A DNA stretch of 64,000 bases from Octopus sinensis (lineage: Eukaryota), in NCBI RefSeq assembly GCF_006345805.1, contig NC_043003.1, positions 48,174,001-48,238,000 on the forward strand. Direction: 5' to 3'. Positions 22,026 through 35,034 of the stretch are shown piece by piece; the stretch's first letter is position 1; every line of letters starts with the position of its first letter. Below the pieces are notes generated by a model. The model saw nothing but the letters and a program-made list of their open reading frames with translations, had not been told where the DNA came from and searched no databases. Both the position numbers and the translations under genes were made by a program.

Positions 22026-22444
22026 TTAAATTAAAAAAAAAACACCATTTTATACTAATATATAAGTGAACTTAGAACACACCTTGTTCATAAATAAGCA
22101 TGTTGCTAGATTACATATTTTCGCAATGGTTATCGGTAGTTGACTCATGATGATTTGTCATTGAAACGAAATCATTATGTAAACCAATAAAACCATCAGG
22201 CTATAACGGCAGTAAAAAACGATATGAATTGTGTTCAGTTGACTGTGTGGTAGTTTATTTCTTACCTCTCAACACTAGTTACCATCATTACAACCCCTCA
22301 TACACACCAACATACATATATTTACACAACTGTTTTTCCTGCACATATCCTGGATTCAAGTGGCAAGATATTCAATTGGGAAGAATTTTAAAAATTCACC
22401 GTCAGTCAGGAATTTCAGCATTTATATATATAATATATATATTA

Positions 22445-22491
<47 letters not shown>

Positions 22492-22609
22492 AGACATATA
22501 TGTATATACATACATGTGTGTGTGCGTGCGCTTTAATAGTATATGTACATATTATGTGCGTACGTGCGTGCGTGTGCGTATGTGTGTGTTGGGGGGGGGG
22601 TCTGTGTAG

Positions 22610-23323
22610 CACTAAAACAAAAACCACCCGGGAGAGTTCAGAGCATTCGAATGACATAAAATTTCCGCCCGATGCTTCTGCTCTGGGATTGTCTAATCAA
22701 AATGTTGGGAGAATTTTACATTCCGATCTCAAGTTCAATTCATACAAAACGATGATTGTTCATGTGGTTGAGAAAAATTGCTGTGTTTATATCCTTCACA
22801 ATGATATTGTTCTCACAAGCGACGAATCCCACTTTCATTTGTCTGACATCATCAATAAGCAGAATATTCGTTACTGGGTGGAAAACAATCCTGAAATTTC
22901 ATGAAAGACCTCTGCAAATTTTGGTGTTTTGAGTCTTTACTTTTTTCTTTTTCCTTTTTTGTTTTTTTTTAGACGGGAGATCAAGCGATTACAGTATCAT
23001 CCGATCGATATATAGATACGCTATAGAACTTTCTGGAGTTCAAATTCACAGATTTTGGAAATTCGGATGTATAGTTTCAACAGAATGAGGCCATTGCTTA
23101 CATTGCAAGAACTGTTAAGTTTTGAAAGAATTATTTCCAAGGCATTTGATCTCCTTACGTGGTGACACTATATGGTCTATAAGCTCGTCTGATCTCGTGT
23201 CTATGTGACTATTTTCTTTGGGTTACCTGAAAGCTGAAGCCAACAAACATCAACCAACAGCAATTGACGAATTGAAGTCTGCTCTACGCCAAACAACTGC
23301 AGATATACCATCACAAATGACTC
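22610..23323 (+). mobile_element. Decayed Tc1/mariner transposase (rosa/maT-like)
   Basis: TSDESHFHLSDIINKQNIRYWVENNP, decayed FQQ(N)EA..., and SSDL..CDYFLWGYLK correspond to the SDEAHF, QQDGAxxH and SPDLxPxDFFLWGxLK motifs. Confidence 0.8.
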
Positions 23324-23553
23324 GGATCTTTTCACTTTGAATTGTATTCACCTTAATAGACGTCACTGATTGGTTGAAATTGCCGAAATGCAAGAAATTA
23401 AACAACAAATAGCTTACAAATTACAGAATTTTCTCAAGAAAGCCAAGAGAAAAAGATGTTTTATGTAGCACATTCTACCAGTATACGAAGTTTAAAAGTG
23501 CTTAGCTACAAAGAAATTATTTTAAAAATCTGCCTGTCAAAGTAAAAAGATCC
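23324..23553. mobile_element. GGATCTTTT-ended MITE (Merlin-like), internally deleted
   Basis: TIR GGATCTTTT/AAAAGATCC; perfect 8-bp TSD AATGACTC. Confidence 0.85.
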
Positions 23554-23679
23554 AATGACTCACCAAATAATGGTAAACTTCATAAATTAACTACCAAGCT
23601 GCGTCGCGATTAGAGAACACCTTTTAGAGAATGTCATATCCAAAACCAAATGACAAAAGCTGTATCCATTCAAGTTACG

Positions 23680-23921
23680 GTTATTAAAAAATATTTGGCG
23701 ATCTTTCGTTTGTAGTAGCACGTTTCCGTCATGTACATCAATGCTTCGGTAACTTCAAAAGAAATTCCCTCGTCATAAAATCGCTTTCTCTTAGTCTCTT
23801 TCGCTCTCATTACTTCAAATGTTCCCGCAAGCCCATATGTAAAAAAATAAAAGTTTTTTACGGAAATCATCGACGGAAACGTGCTACTACAAACGAAAGA
23901 TCGCCAAATATTTTTAATAAC
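23680..23921. repeat. About 51-bp near-perfect inverted repeat enclosing about 140 bp (MITE or fold-back)
   Basis: GTTATTAAAAAATATTTGGCGATCTTTCGTTTGTAGTAGCACGTTTCCGTC and its reverse complement, differing by one A. No TSD seen. Confidence 0.85.
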
Positions 23922-24699
23922 TTTTACTTTGGCCCTTTTTTTTTGTCAACCAGTAAACTGTGTGTGGTTTTGTTTTTGTCGCACCTTTTACATACATACA
24001 TAAATACACACACACACACACACACACACACGCACGCGCACACACACACACACAACACACACACACACACACACACATACACAAAACACGCACACATGCA
24101 AAAAGTATGTAAATCTAAATTCCATTGAATGTGTGCTGTTTCTTCATTAAAGATCCAGTTCTTTCACAGTTAATGAGAAATACGAAAAATAAAACCAAGA
24201 ACACATACGCACACACACACACACACAATACATACGTACATACACGTATGTATGTATGTATGTATGTATGTATGTATGTATGTATGTATGTATGTATGTA
24301 TGTATGTATCTGCGTTCATAAAAGCGAAATGCTACTTCGCCGATTTTGACAATGAGTTGTTCAGCTAATTGAATCTCGTTGGATTAACGCGCTCTCGTCA
24401 TGTGAGATGGAAAGCATGGAAAACGTTTATTCTCTGATTGGTGACAATGAATACACATCCAGAAAAAAACCTATAAGATCATGTTGACAGCAACAGAGAT
24501 AATCAAAGTAGGTTGTTTCAGAGCAACAGCTGTTACATTGCTTCTGATTTTGAGGTGCATGTTCTTACAATAGAGAAACAGGAACCCCCACCCCCACCCC
24601 AAAACAACTAAATGGAAATAGGAACGTTGACAAAACACCTGAATGAGGTAATTAATGAAGATCCTGTAAAGTTATTGCTGAAGATATGATCCACATAGT

Positions 24700-25700
24700 G
24701 TCTGGTAAAAAATGCCATCACGATATGAGACGTAATGCTGTGACCTAAACACTATACAGTGCAATTCGTAGAAAAAACTGTCTAAAAAATCAAACTATAA
24801 ACTGTAACAGATGTGTTGAGTGCATACTTATGCATAGAATATTTGTACAGTGCTACTATATATAAATATAAGCATTTCTGAATTGTAAATACGGACATTT
24901 GTGAGCTGGAAGCTGTAATTGCGTTACGATATTTTTTCCGTGATATTCACTATTTGTAAGAATATAGCTTTCAGTCACGTATTCATGACAATAAGTTATT
25001 ATGAACTTTGTCTCACTGCAAAGCCCAACAACATTATTTAAATTTTGCCTTAACTTTATAAGATGAACGTGTGTAAAGATACTCTACAAACATTACCGCT
25101 GTTTGTGAACTCCATTGGATAATATATAGTTTATTTTAATCGTTGTCCGAATTAATGCTTTTGTAATAAGTAACTGTTTCTCCATGTATTATGTTGATGA
25201 CGTCGTTATTTATACAATCAAGAACACCATTAATAGAGGATTCTACTGCTCTACTTGTGAAGTTTACAGTGTTCAATATGCTGTCAAAGACTTTATTTAT
25301 AACTCCATTTTCAACACCATTCAGAAACTCAACCATTCTAGCACGAAGTAGAAAACTGATACAGTTATAGGACCCCGGTCAGTAAATGGAAACTGAAATT
25401 TAGAAAGCTGAATGTATTACTACAGAAGCACTTTTTAAAAAGCAATGCCACCAATCCAGTAGATACAGCAATGACAAAAGATTGATCTAAAATGCTTCCT
25501 CATACTCAATATGTATTCGATTGAAATACATGTCTTTCCGCGGCAACGAAAATACTTGAGCTTCGGTTGTTGCTCTATATGACATCATTTACAAAGTCAG
25601 AGTCGTATCGTTGCTCTTAGTCCAATGTTACCCTTTCACTGTTTACTTCAGTTCTTTATAGGCAATGTCTGAAAGTAATTCACAAAATCATGATGCATCT
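24700..25700 (-). pseudogene. Decayed Helitron-type PIF1 helicase
   Basis: Minus fragments in the correct order: RGKTCI (Walker A-like), VIAVSTGLVALL, SRAVESSINGVLDCINNDVINIIHGETVTYYKS, LRQNLNNVVGLCSETKFII, VFRSQHYVSYR. These parallel Helitron GTGKT, AVASSGIAA, RAILxPxNxxVxxIN, LLRNLxxxxGLCNGTRL and VFSHGQLYVAxSR. Confidence 0.7.
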
Positions 25701-26504
25701 GGTACAGATAACCCAGAGATGTAATGACAAGATGGAAATTCCATTTTGGAGGTAGAAAGTGAGCAAAATCACTGGTAACTGTCCACTCTAACAGGTCACC
25801 ATTATCCCTAGGATACTATATATGATGATTTTCTGCTACATACAACTCGTGATTCTGAAATATATTATTATGATCATGTATTTTACAGAACCGTAATGCT
25901 GAAATAAGCTTATCTCGAATTTGAGAAGCAGAACATTACAAATCCACGCGCATTATCTCTATCTCCTATCGAATCCTGCATAGGCCCCATCTTTAATCCT
26001 TTAGCATTTAAGTCGGCCTTATCTGGTCAAAAGTTTCTACTTACTTATGTTCAAACTGGCCAGATCTGGCATCTCATACCTACCCTACAATGTCATTCTA
26101 AAAATCAACAATTATATCATTGAAATTTTAAGACTACAAGTTAAATCAAATTAAATTCAAAACAATATGAAAAAAAAAGTTTTACATTTGACAAAGTAAA
26201 GTGAATGTTAAAGAGTTAAAGATATTGACTTTTAGACTTATTATTACTATCCCTCAACAATCTTCGACTTCTGCAATGAGTATACACAAGATTTATGTAG
26301 TAAAATTATACATATAATGACGTCTTTCCAAATTTCGAAGTTTGACAAAGTAGATTCTCCAGATGACAATCCAAGTTTCTTTTTATCACTTTTTTTTTCT
26401 TTGACAATTTATTCCAAACATAGGGACCTAAGAAATTGGAGTATTAGAGTACAATACGTCTCTCGCAGACTTGTGAAATTTGTAGTACAATCTTGAGAGA
26501 GAGA

Positions 26505-26514
26505 TGGGAGGGAG

Positions 26515-26569
<55 letters not shown>

Positions 26570-26612
26570 AAGAAAGAAAGAAAGAAAGAGAGAAAGAGAG
26601 AGAGAGAGAGAG
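26505..26612 (+). repeat. (GAAA)n/(GA)n polypurine microsatellite
   Basis: Direct reading. Confidence 0.95.
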
Positions 26613-26773
26613 TATTCTTCTGATGTCTATCAAGCGTACGCCGTTCCTCGTTTTCATAAAAGTCAAATACTACTTGCTGTGCATTTTTCTAATAAATCGC
26701 TAATTGCTTAACGAAAGGGCATTCGAAATGAATGTCGAAACTAAAAACGACGCCAAATTGTTTTTTTATGCGG

Positions 26774-26816
<43 letters not shown>

Positions 26817-27451
26817 CGTGCGTGCGGACGTGTCTTTGTGCAGACAACGGTGGATATTGATAAACCCGGACACATACACTAAGAAGTTTGCTTCATAGCA
26901 GCAAATGTTACTTTCTATAGCCTGAAGTTGCGTCATACCTTGTGAGTGAAATTGTACCTACAATTCAAAAGAAACAGCCTTGTCACATACTAAGAATTCC
27001 ATAAATTCTCCGTCACTTAAACGTTAATTTAGGAGCAAGTTATTTACTTGACAGAACAATTGAATCTTTTTCATAGAGCGATTAAGATCCATCACACCAC
27101 TCATAATATAACCCGTCATAGTGTGATGAACAGAGTCAATCAATGTTAACACCTTCCCTGACCAAAACTGCGTACATATATCTGTGTGTTCTCAACTGTA
27201 CTGATCTTTCTGCTTCATACGAATAATGCTTTTTTTCCGGACACAAATGTATTTCTTTAATGTGATTAGCATAATTAATTCGTTCCGATACAATCAGTAT
27301 AACTAATTTGATTTTGATACAATCAGCATAATTTAATTAGTATGAGAAATTTTCTTGTTATGCACACATTCCGTAAATCCTCGTGTATAATCCGCATTTT
27401 CCCCCCAAAATTGAAAGGTCAAAATTCCTAGTGCGTACTATATACGAGGTT

Positions 27452-27835
27452 GGCGGAATGCTTAACAGTATTTCGTCTGTCGTTACGTTCTGAGTTCAAA
27501 TTCCGCCGAGGTTGACTTCGCCTTTCATCCTTTCGGGGTCGATAAATTAAGTACCAGTTCGCACTGGGGTCGATGTAATCGACTTAATACCTATGTCTGT
27601 CCTTGTTTGTCCTCTCTGTGTTTAGCCCCTTGTGGGTAATAAAGAAATAGGTATTTCGTCTGTCGTTACGTTCTGAATTCAAATTCCGCCGAGGTCGACT
27701 TTGCCTTTCATCCTTTCGGGGTCGATAAATAAAAGTACCAGTTTCGCACTGGGGATCGATGTAATCGACTTAATCCCTTTGTCTACCCTTGTTCGTCCTC
27801 TCTATATTTAGCTCCTTGTGGGCAATAAAGAAATA
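27452..27835 (+). mobile_element. SINE family B, deleted head plus two tandem bodies
   Basis: 13-bp TSD TATATACGAGGTT (27439-27451, 27836-27848). Junction AAAGAAATAGGTATTTCGTC. Confidence 0.9.
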
Positions 27836-28219
27836 TATATACGAGGTTAAAAATGAAAATTATTTTCTAAGCAATGTCCGAGTCTCTATTTACTGTCCGG
27901 CAATGTTTAGTCAGACGCATTTTGTGATGTCGGGCGCGAAAATACCTTAAATCTTCCATAATTTGCAGTTAGCAACATTTATTAAACGTTATTACTGTTA
28001 TTTCTTTATTTTCTGCAAACAAAATGCACCTAAAAGTTACACGTTTGCATTGTGTTATATATACAGTAATAATAAAGGACGTTACCGTATACAGTTTTAC
28101 AAACCAAGGACGTTATATAGACCTCCTTGACTCATGTTAGAGAGGTACAGCCCCCTAAAAATCCCCTGCGTATTATACTCAAGGGCGGACTAAACTCGAG
28201 GATTTACGGTATATACATA

Positions 28220-28330
28220 TGCGTGTGGGTATTTGTAGTAGTAGTAGTAGTAGTAGTAGTAAGTTTGCTTCCGAACCACATGGTTCCGGGTGCAGTCCTA
28301 CACTGTGGCACCTTGGGCAGATCTTTTCAG
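28220..28330 (+). mobile_element. SINE family A head fragment with (GTA)n expansion
   Basis: GTAAGTTTGCTTCCGAACCACATGGTTCCGGG...GGCACCTTGGGCAG. Confidence 0.7.
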
Positions 28331-28920
28331 TTCGATTGCCAGCGACTGCCAGCGTCAATATTCTGTTCGAATTGATTTTATATTCAGTGTAATGATACAC
28401 TTTTATAGGCTAATTAATGACGTGAAAGTAATTTCCGTTATAAATCAATAAATAAAGAATTATTAGTAATTAAAAGTTTGAAAATTTTGGTAATTTTAGC
28501 CAATCGTAAGCCACAGACACATTCATGGCAGTTTCGATAATAATAAGTAGAACATGAAAACTCTTATCTTTCAACGTGCCTGTTGCTATAGTAACAAACG
28601 AATCCAAGCAGTATTTGAAAAGTCATTTATCTGCGAGAAAGCACATGTTGACAAATTTCTGTGTTCTGTGTGATTATGACAGCAAGCTCCAGTAACTTCG
28701 CTTCTATTATGGAAACACTGAAGACTGAGGAGGATACTTTAAAAATTAAAACCGAAAGTTATATGTTTTTTAAGCATATTTAAATTGATTGTTTAATGTT
28801 TGTTTCTTTTTGTCATTGAGCATTGAGGTGGTTGGGAGGTGTGCTAAAAAAACCCCAGCTAAATAAGATTTGTTTTGGATAAATCTTTTAAATTCAAGTT
28901 TATTCGCCAACATATCCCTC

Positions 28921-29339
28921 GGATCTTTTCGGTTTGAACGGCAGTTTTTTAAAATAATTTCCACGTAACTAAACACTTTTAAACTTCGTATACTGGTAGA
29001 ATGTGTTTATAAAACATCTTTTTCTCTTGGCTTTATTGAGAAAATTCTATAGTTTGTAAGATATTTGTTTTTTTTTCTTCAATTTCTGCAATTTCAACCA
29101 ATCAATGACGTCTATTGAGGTAAAAAAAAACATTCTGTGCCGTATGAATATGTCCCTCGTTTAAGAAACAGATTGGGTTTATTTACATTTGTGAAGAAAA
29201 AAAAGATACCCTTCCCCCACCCCTAACCCTAACCCTAAAACAGATTGAAATGCAATAGATCGATACTAGGGTCATAATTATGGGTGACAATTTCATATGA
29301 CACCACTAGAAAAAACTGCCGTTCAAACCGAAAAGATCC
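28921..29339. mobile_element. GGATCTTTT-ended MITE (Merlin-like)
   Basis: TIR GGATCTTTTCGGTTTGAACGGCAGTTTTT; perfect 8-bp TSD TATCCCTC; internal CCCTAACCCTAACCCTAA. Confidence 0.9.
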
Positions 29340-29704
29340 TATCCCTCTTTTTCTCTTTTAAATTAGCATAAACATTTATTTACACGAAAGAAAATTACCA
29401 GAGAACTTTCACCCAATTCTTCTAAATCCTTCTGTTAAAAATAGTAATATGTTTATCGCATTTGCATTAAACACTGGTGGTTGTGAGGTGTGCTAAAAAT
29501 AACAGCTAAGATTTTAAATTCTAGTTTCACGGACTCCTTCCTAGAAGGAACCTAACTCGTCAGACCTGACCCTACGAAACGTTCAGGTGCACGGAGCTAA
29601 CATATACATCAAACCATCCATCCATCCATCCATACATCCATCCATCCATCCATCCATCCATCCATACATACATACATACATACATACATACATACATACA
29701 TGCA

Positions 29705-29885
29705 TTCTTTTCTACTCTAGGCACAAGGCCAGAAATTTCGGGTGAGGGGGGGGTCAGTCGATTAGATCGACCCCAGTACCCAAGTGGTACTTAATTTATC
29801 GACCCCGAAACGATGAGAGGCAAAGTCGACTTCGGCGGAATTTGAACTCAGAACATAAAGACAGACGAAATACCGCTAAGAACCC
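29705..29885 (-). mobile_element. SINE family B
   Basis: TTTTCTACTCTAGGCACAAGGCC...GTCGACTTCGGCGGAATTTGAACTCAGAAC...GAAATACCGCTAAG. Confidence 0.8.
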
Positions 29886-30351
29886 TCTATTTCCACTCGA
29901 TATTATCGATAACATTCAATATAATAAGTCCTTTTTTCTTTAATTCTGTCTTTATATTTGTACATTATATAATCCATAAGCTTAATGTCAGTAGCCATCC
30001 CTTAGTTTATGAAAAAAATACAAAAATCCTTGTATAGAACTGTACGCTTCACAGTTCTAGCGTCGTAGTGTTTGGCTGTTGTGTGCCTACTCACATGTAC
30101 AATATACGAAGCTGCATGCTAGGGAGAGAGAGCACTATGGTTCACGCAGTGCCGACCTTGGTGTGCTGGTGAAAGGCAGTGTTTCTTTTTGACTCCGGTG
30201 TGTTGTGCTTAAAAACGTGTTTATATTCTTGAATGTGATAAAGTGTAGAATTAAATTATTATCCTGCTTCCAGCTACAGTTTTGCTAAAAATTTTCTGAA
30301 GCAGCACCCCCACTAATTTTATCTACGAGCCGCCACTGCTCGATTGGTTGA

Positions 30352-30361
30352 AAGTTCTTCA

Positions 30362-30392
<31 letters not shown>

Positions 30393-30600
30393 CTCCGCCT
30401 CCTCCGCCTCCGCCTCCTCCGCCTCCGCCTCCTCCGCCTTCTCCTCCTCCTCCTCCTCCTCTCCTCCTCCTCCTCCTCCTCCTCCTCCTCCTCCTCCTCC
30501 TCCTCCTCCTCCTCCTCCTCCTCCTCTCCTCCTCCTCCTCCTCCTTCTTCTCCTCCCCCCTCCCCCTCCTCCTCCTCCTTCTTCTTCTTCTTCTTTGTCT
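30352..30600 (+). repeat. Compound (CTT)n/(CCT)n/(CCG)n trinucleotide repeat
   Basis: Direct reading. Confidence 0.95.
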
Positions 30601-30967
30601 TCTTTATAATGCAGTGGATAAGCAGAATCGGTAGAGCATTGGTCAAAATGCTTTGTCTTATAAAGTTACCCTCTTTTCCATTTAAACCTCTCTTAGGTTA
30701 ACATTTTTTTTGTCATTATTCTGGGGTCGCTAAAAACAAAACAAAACAAAAACAGCGAAGAAATAGGATCGACCTCAACCAACCACCACCACCACTGATA
30801 AGTTACAAAAGGAAAAGCTTTCTTGGCCTGTGCCAATGTAAGAAATCATAAGTTCTAAGAGCTATGGCCTTAGTAGAACCGGTAGAGCGACTTGTATTCA
30901 CTTACATATCTTTATGTCTGAAGTCAAATCCTGTTGACGTTGTCTTTGTGTTTCGTTTAAGCATATA

Positions 30968-31460
<493 letters not shown>

Positions 31461-31564
31461 AAAATATAATATCGATTACACTCGTTCGCCATTATTTATG
31501 AACATCCTCCCTTCAAAACTGCTGGCTTTGTACTTAAACTAGCAATAATTATTATAAAGGTAGT

Positions 31565-31720
31565 AAGGTGGCGGAATCGTGAGAGCGTTGGACAAAAATG
31601 CTTCTTCGCAGTATGTCTTCTAGCTCTTTACGTTCTGAGTTCATATCTTGTCTAAGTCGACTTTACCCTTCATCCTTTCGGGGATACCAGTCGAAAACGG
31701 AAGTCGATGGTGTCGGATAA
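31565..31720 (+). mobile_element. Diverged SINE family B
   Basis: GGCGGAATCGTGAGAGCG...TACGTTCTGAGTTCA...GTCGACTTTACCCTTCATCCTTTCGGGG. Confidence 0.7.
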
Positions 31721-34235
31721 ACCTCTCACATCATAATTGGGATGGTTGGATTTCTATATTTATATGTAAAATATTCATTATGCTGTAAATAAATTAAGCA
31801 CAAAAGAATGTGGTGGCTGGTAACACTGAAACATAAAAACCACAACTGGGGTGGGTATAATCGACGACACCTCTCCCATTGGAAAATGCGTAGCTTTTGG
31901 TGGAAATATATTACATGTTATTTAGATCTTTAGTTAAGCCGCTTTATGGTCTGTGTTCAAATCCAACGAGGTCGATAAAATGAAGTAGCGGTCAAGTACG
32001 GGAGCTGATTTCATAGGCTATATCCTTCCCTCGACCCTAAAAGGGAATTGGTTATGGTTAATACAACAACCCATAGGACTACATCTGACAGGGCTTAGAC
32101 ACCTCCCACCCATCCTCCTTGAATTTTGTGGGTGAGAGTTAAATGGAAATCCCCTCACAAAATTTCTCTCAAGTCTTCAGTCAGTCCTTTTCCAAAATAT
32201 ACTTGCATTAAAAATCATCAGCATATATATATATTATCAAAGCGGGTAGGCCTATTATTAATAACATAAATGAAAAAAATGTTTTTTGCATTCACAAACT
32301 ACCGTACACTTTTTCTAGATTTAAATAGAACTTAGCATTTCTACTAGTAATATTTTAACTCCCTTCTGTATCTAATTATACTAGTGGTCTTCTACAATTT
32401 TAAAACATGCAACTTATAAATTTATAATTTTATATAATTTTGTAGCTACACATGTATATAAATATATATGTCCAGTATTAATTGTTTTTTGTATGTGGGT
32501 TTTTTTGTCTTGTTTTATAGGGGAAATACACTACGGCGAGAAATAATATATTCATTTTGGTATTTGCTTTGTAATATGTGATTCTTGAAGTTTTCTAAAA
32601 TTACAGAGTGTGTATGAATATCATAGTTAGATACCTGGTTTTAGATACTGTAATACTATTATGTAATATATGAGAGTCTATTTGGGATTTTGTTTGTTTT
32701 TGGTTGAGAATATGGGTTTTTGTAGGTTTTTATTTGGCAGGCTTATATATTGTATATTTACTGTATCTTTGTACTCACCTAAATTTGTATCTTATGCTAT
32801 TTATTAATAAACCTATTCATTTACTCACATTTGGCTTTATAAATATTAGCAGTCTTATATATTTAGTCTATATTTGTAGTCTTCTGGATTTGTACATTAT
32901 GTTATTCATCTATTCATTTTGTTTACTCATTATCTACAGGTATAAATTTACATAATACTAGCCTGTATACTAAGTTTATATAAGTACTTTCTTCAATATA
33001 TATCTTCACTTTATTTCATGTTATTTATTTACATATATACTCTTTTATGGATATGTGGATATGCATATTAGCATTACTATATATTAGGTGTACCTATGTA
33101 TTTATCTGAATTTGTTTTCTATGGTATCATCTATTTATTTAGTCATGTACTTATTTATTTATTTATTTATTTACTTATTTAAGTGTAGATAATACAACAT
33201 ATCAATTATTTATTTTAATAATATATGGATACATGTATACTAGTTTGTGCTTATACTATGTATGTAATTTTAATTATTTCTTCTTATTTATTTTATCACA
33301 TTTTAAACTTAAGTAATTACAATTTATTAACTTATAATTAATTTAATTTATGTTATTTACTTATATACAATTGTATGGGTAAGTCCCCCACTGATATTAT
33401 TTAATGCCAAATCTTGTTAATTATTACATTTGTTATCTATGTGTCCACGGATGCTTAAAAGTATATTTATATATAAGTACTATGAATGTTTTCTCGCGAG
33501 TCACATATGAAAATAGACGGTGCGTTTGTGTATATCTGCTGCTATACATGAGTATTTTTATGGGCATGTATATTTGAGTGTAATTCTATTAGTTCGTAGG
33601 TTAGGTTCTTTGATGGATAAATATTAATATTATAATGGCATTGGATTTATTACGTAGAAAAGATATATATTTATACTATAAAAAATTAATCTATACTTTA
33701 TAACTTAGCGTACATGTGATTATAGCAAATTACGGTGAAATCAGTAAACGTTATGTTGACTACAGAAAAAACGGTGTCACATGCTGTGTGTACCCTGCGA
33801 AAATTACATTCGATGTCTTGATATATAAATATATGTATCTTTATAACAAATATTTTATGGAAATATGTGAGTGGATCTCCATAGTTAATTTAGTGGCATT
33901 GTTGTCGTTTTGAGAGGCTGGATGGCTGCAGAGCTAGGATTATACCTCTTTTATTATTTATTTATTTATGTGTTTGACAGTGTTTGTGGATATGTATGTG
34001 TATGAGTGTATGTGTGTGTGTATACATATAATTATGTATGTATGTGCGATTGATCTGTGGATGTGCGTGTGCGTATGTGCGTTTCTTGACTAACTAACCG
34101 TAAAATTTCTTTTGTGGTTCAAATTTTAAACTATAAGCCAATCGAATAATCTAGAATAATCAATATCAAGCGGACAGAGTAATCAGACTCATAGATATGT
34201 AGATGTCCGATTGATGTACTTGGTACAGACTAATT

Positions 34236-34267
<32 letters not shown>

Positions 34268-34644
34268 TTATATTATTATTATTATGATTATATTATTATT
34301 ATTATTTAATATAATAGTAATTTTATTGACTTTTACAGGTTATAATTTTATGAACTGAACTGTGTGTTTTTTTTTATTTTTCATGTATAGGTCTGATTTA
34401 AATTTAAATGTGAGTGTGCATATATTTTCCTGTGTGTTAGTTTTTGGAAACTAGAGCCCAATATGTAGAATAACTGTGTTTGTTAATATATATTGATATA
34501 TTTTGTTTTGTTTATTTTGTATTAGTATAATGAGTATATATATATGGTGTAGTATTATGGGTGTCTATGCACACGTGTTTTTATATTTTATATTTTATAT
34601 TTTATATGTAAAAAAATTTTTTTCACACTTATAACAAATTAAAT

Positions 34645-34754
34645 TCTCTGAAGAGGCCGTGGGGCATCCTTGTTAATGTCTCAATTATACTGCCTTATAT
34701 GGCTTATAGGTTAAATGAGGCATGCTTGCCCTTACGGCCGAAACAGCTGTCAGA
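34645..34754 (+). ncRNA. Type I hammerhead ribozyme with long stem II
   Basis: TCT-CTGAAGA-GGCCGT...(73 nt)...ACGGCC-GAAA-CAGCTG-TC-AGA. Full core, palindromic stem III ACAGCTGT, GUC cleavage triplet ending at 34751. Stem I is only 3 bp. Confidence 0.8.
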
Positions 34755-34935
34755 TATGATATAATTATATATTAATTTTATATTTTATATGTCTATTTCC
34801 TTGTCTAATATATTTACTATATTTTTGTATAATGCCTTTACTGTTATGTAATGGTGTAATAAAGTATTGATGGGTATCATCTGTTGGTTGATATTTGATT
34901 GATTTAAGTATGTTTCTCCATTTTTTAATTTTGTA

Positions 34936-35021
<86 letters not shown>

Positions 35022-35034
35022 CTTTTTGTTTAGC

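Noticed and set aside
25136-25336. Host gene exon (66-aa ORF)
   Set aside because: It fits as the middle part of a decayed Helitron PIF1 helicase, with stops and frameshifts on both sides.
28790-29520. About 100-bp direct repeats (28790-28905, 29435-29520) as a long TSD or LTRs of the MITE
   Set aside because: The MITE has its own perfect 8-bp TSD; the repeats are diverged and are better explained as an older local duplication.
29520-29566. Minus-strand CTGACGA-hairpin-GAAACTAG
   Set aside because: Possibly a hammerhead remnant, but the cleavage site and stem I 3' strand are missing and the base of stem II does not pair, so it is not called.
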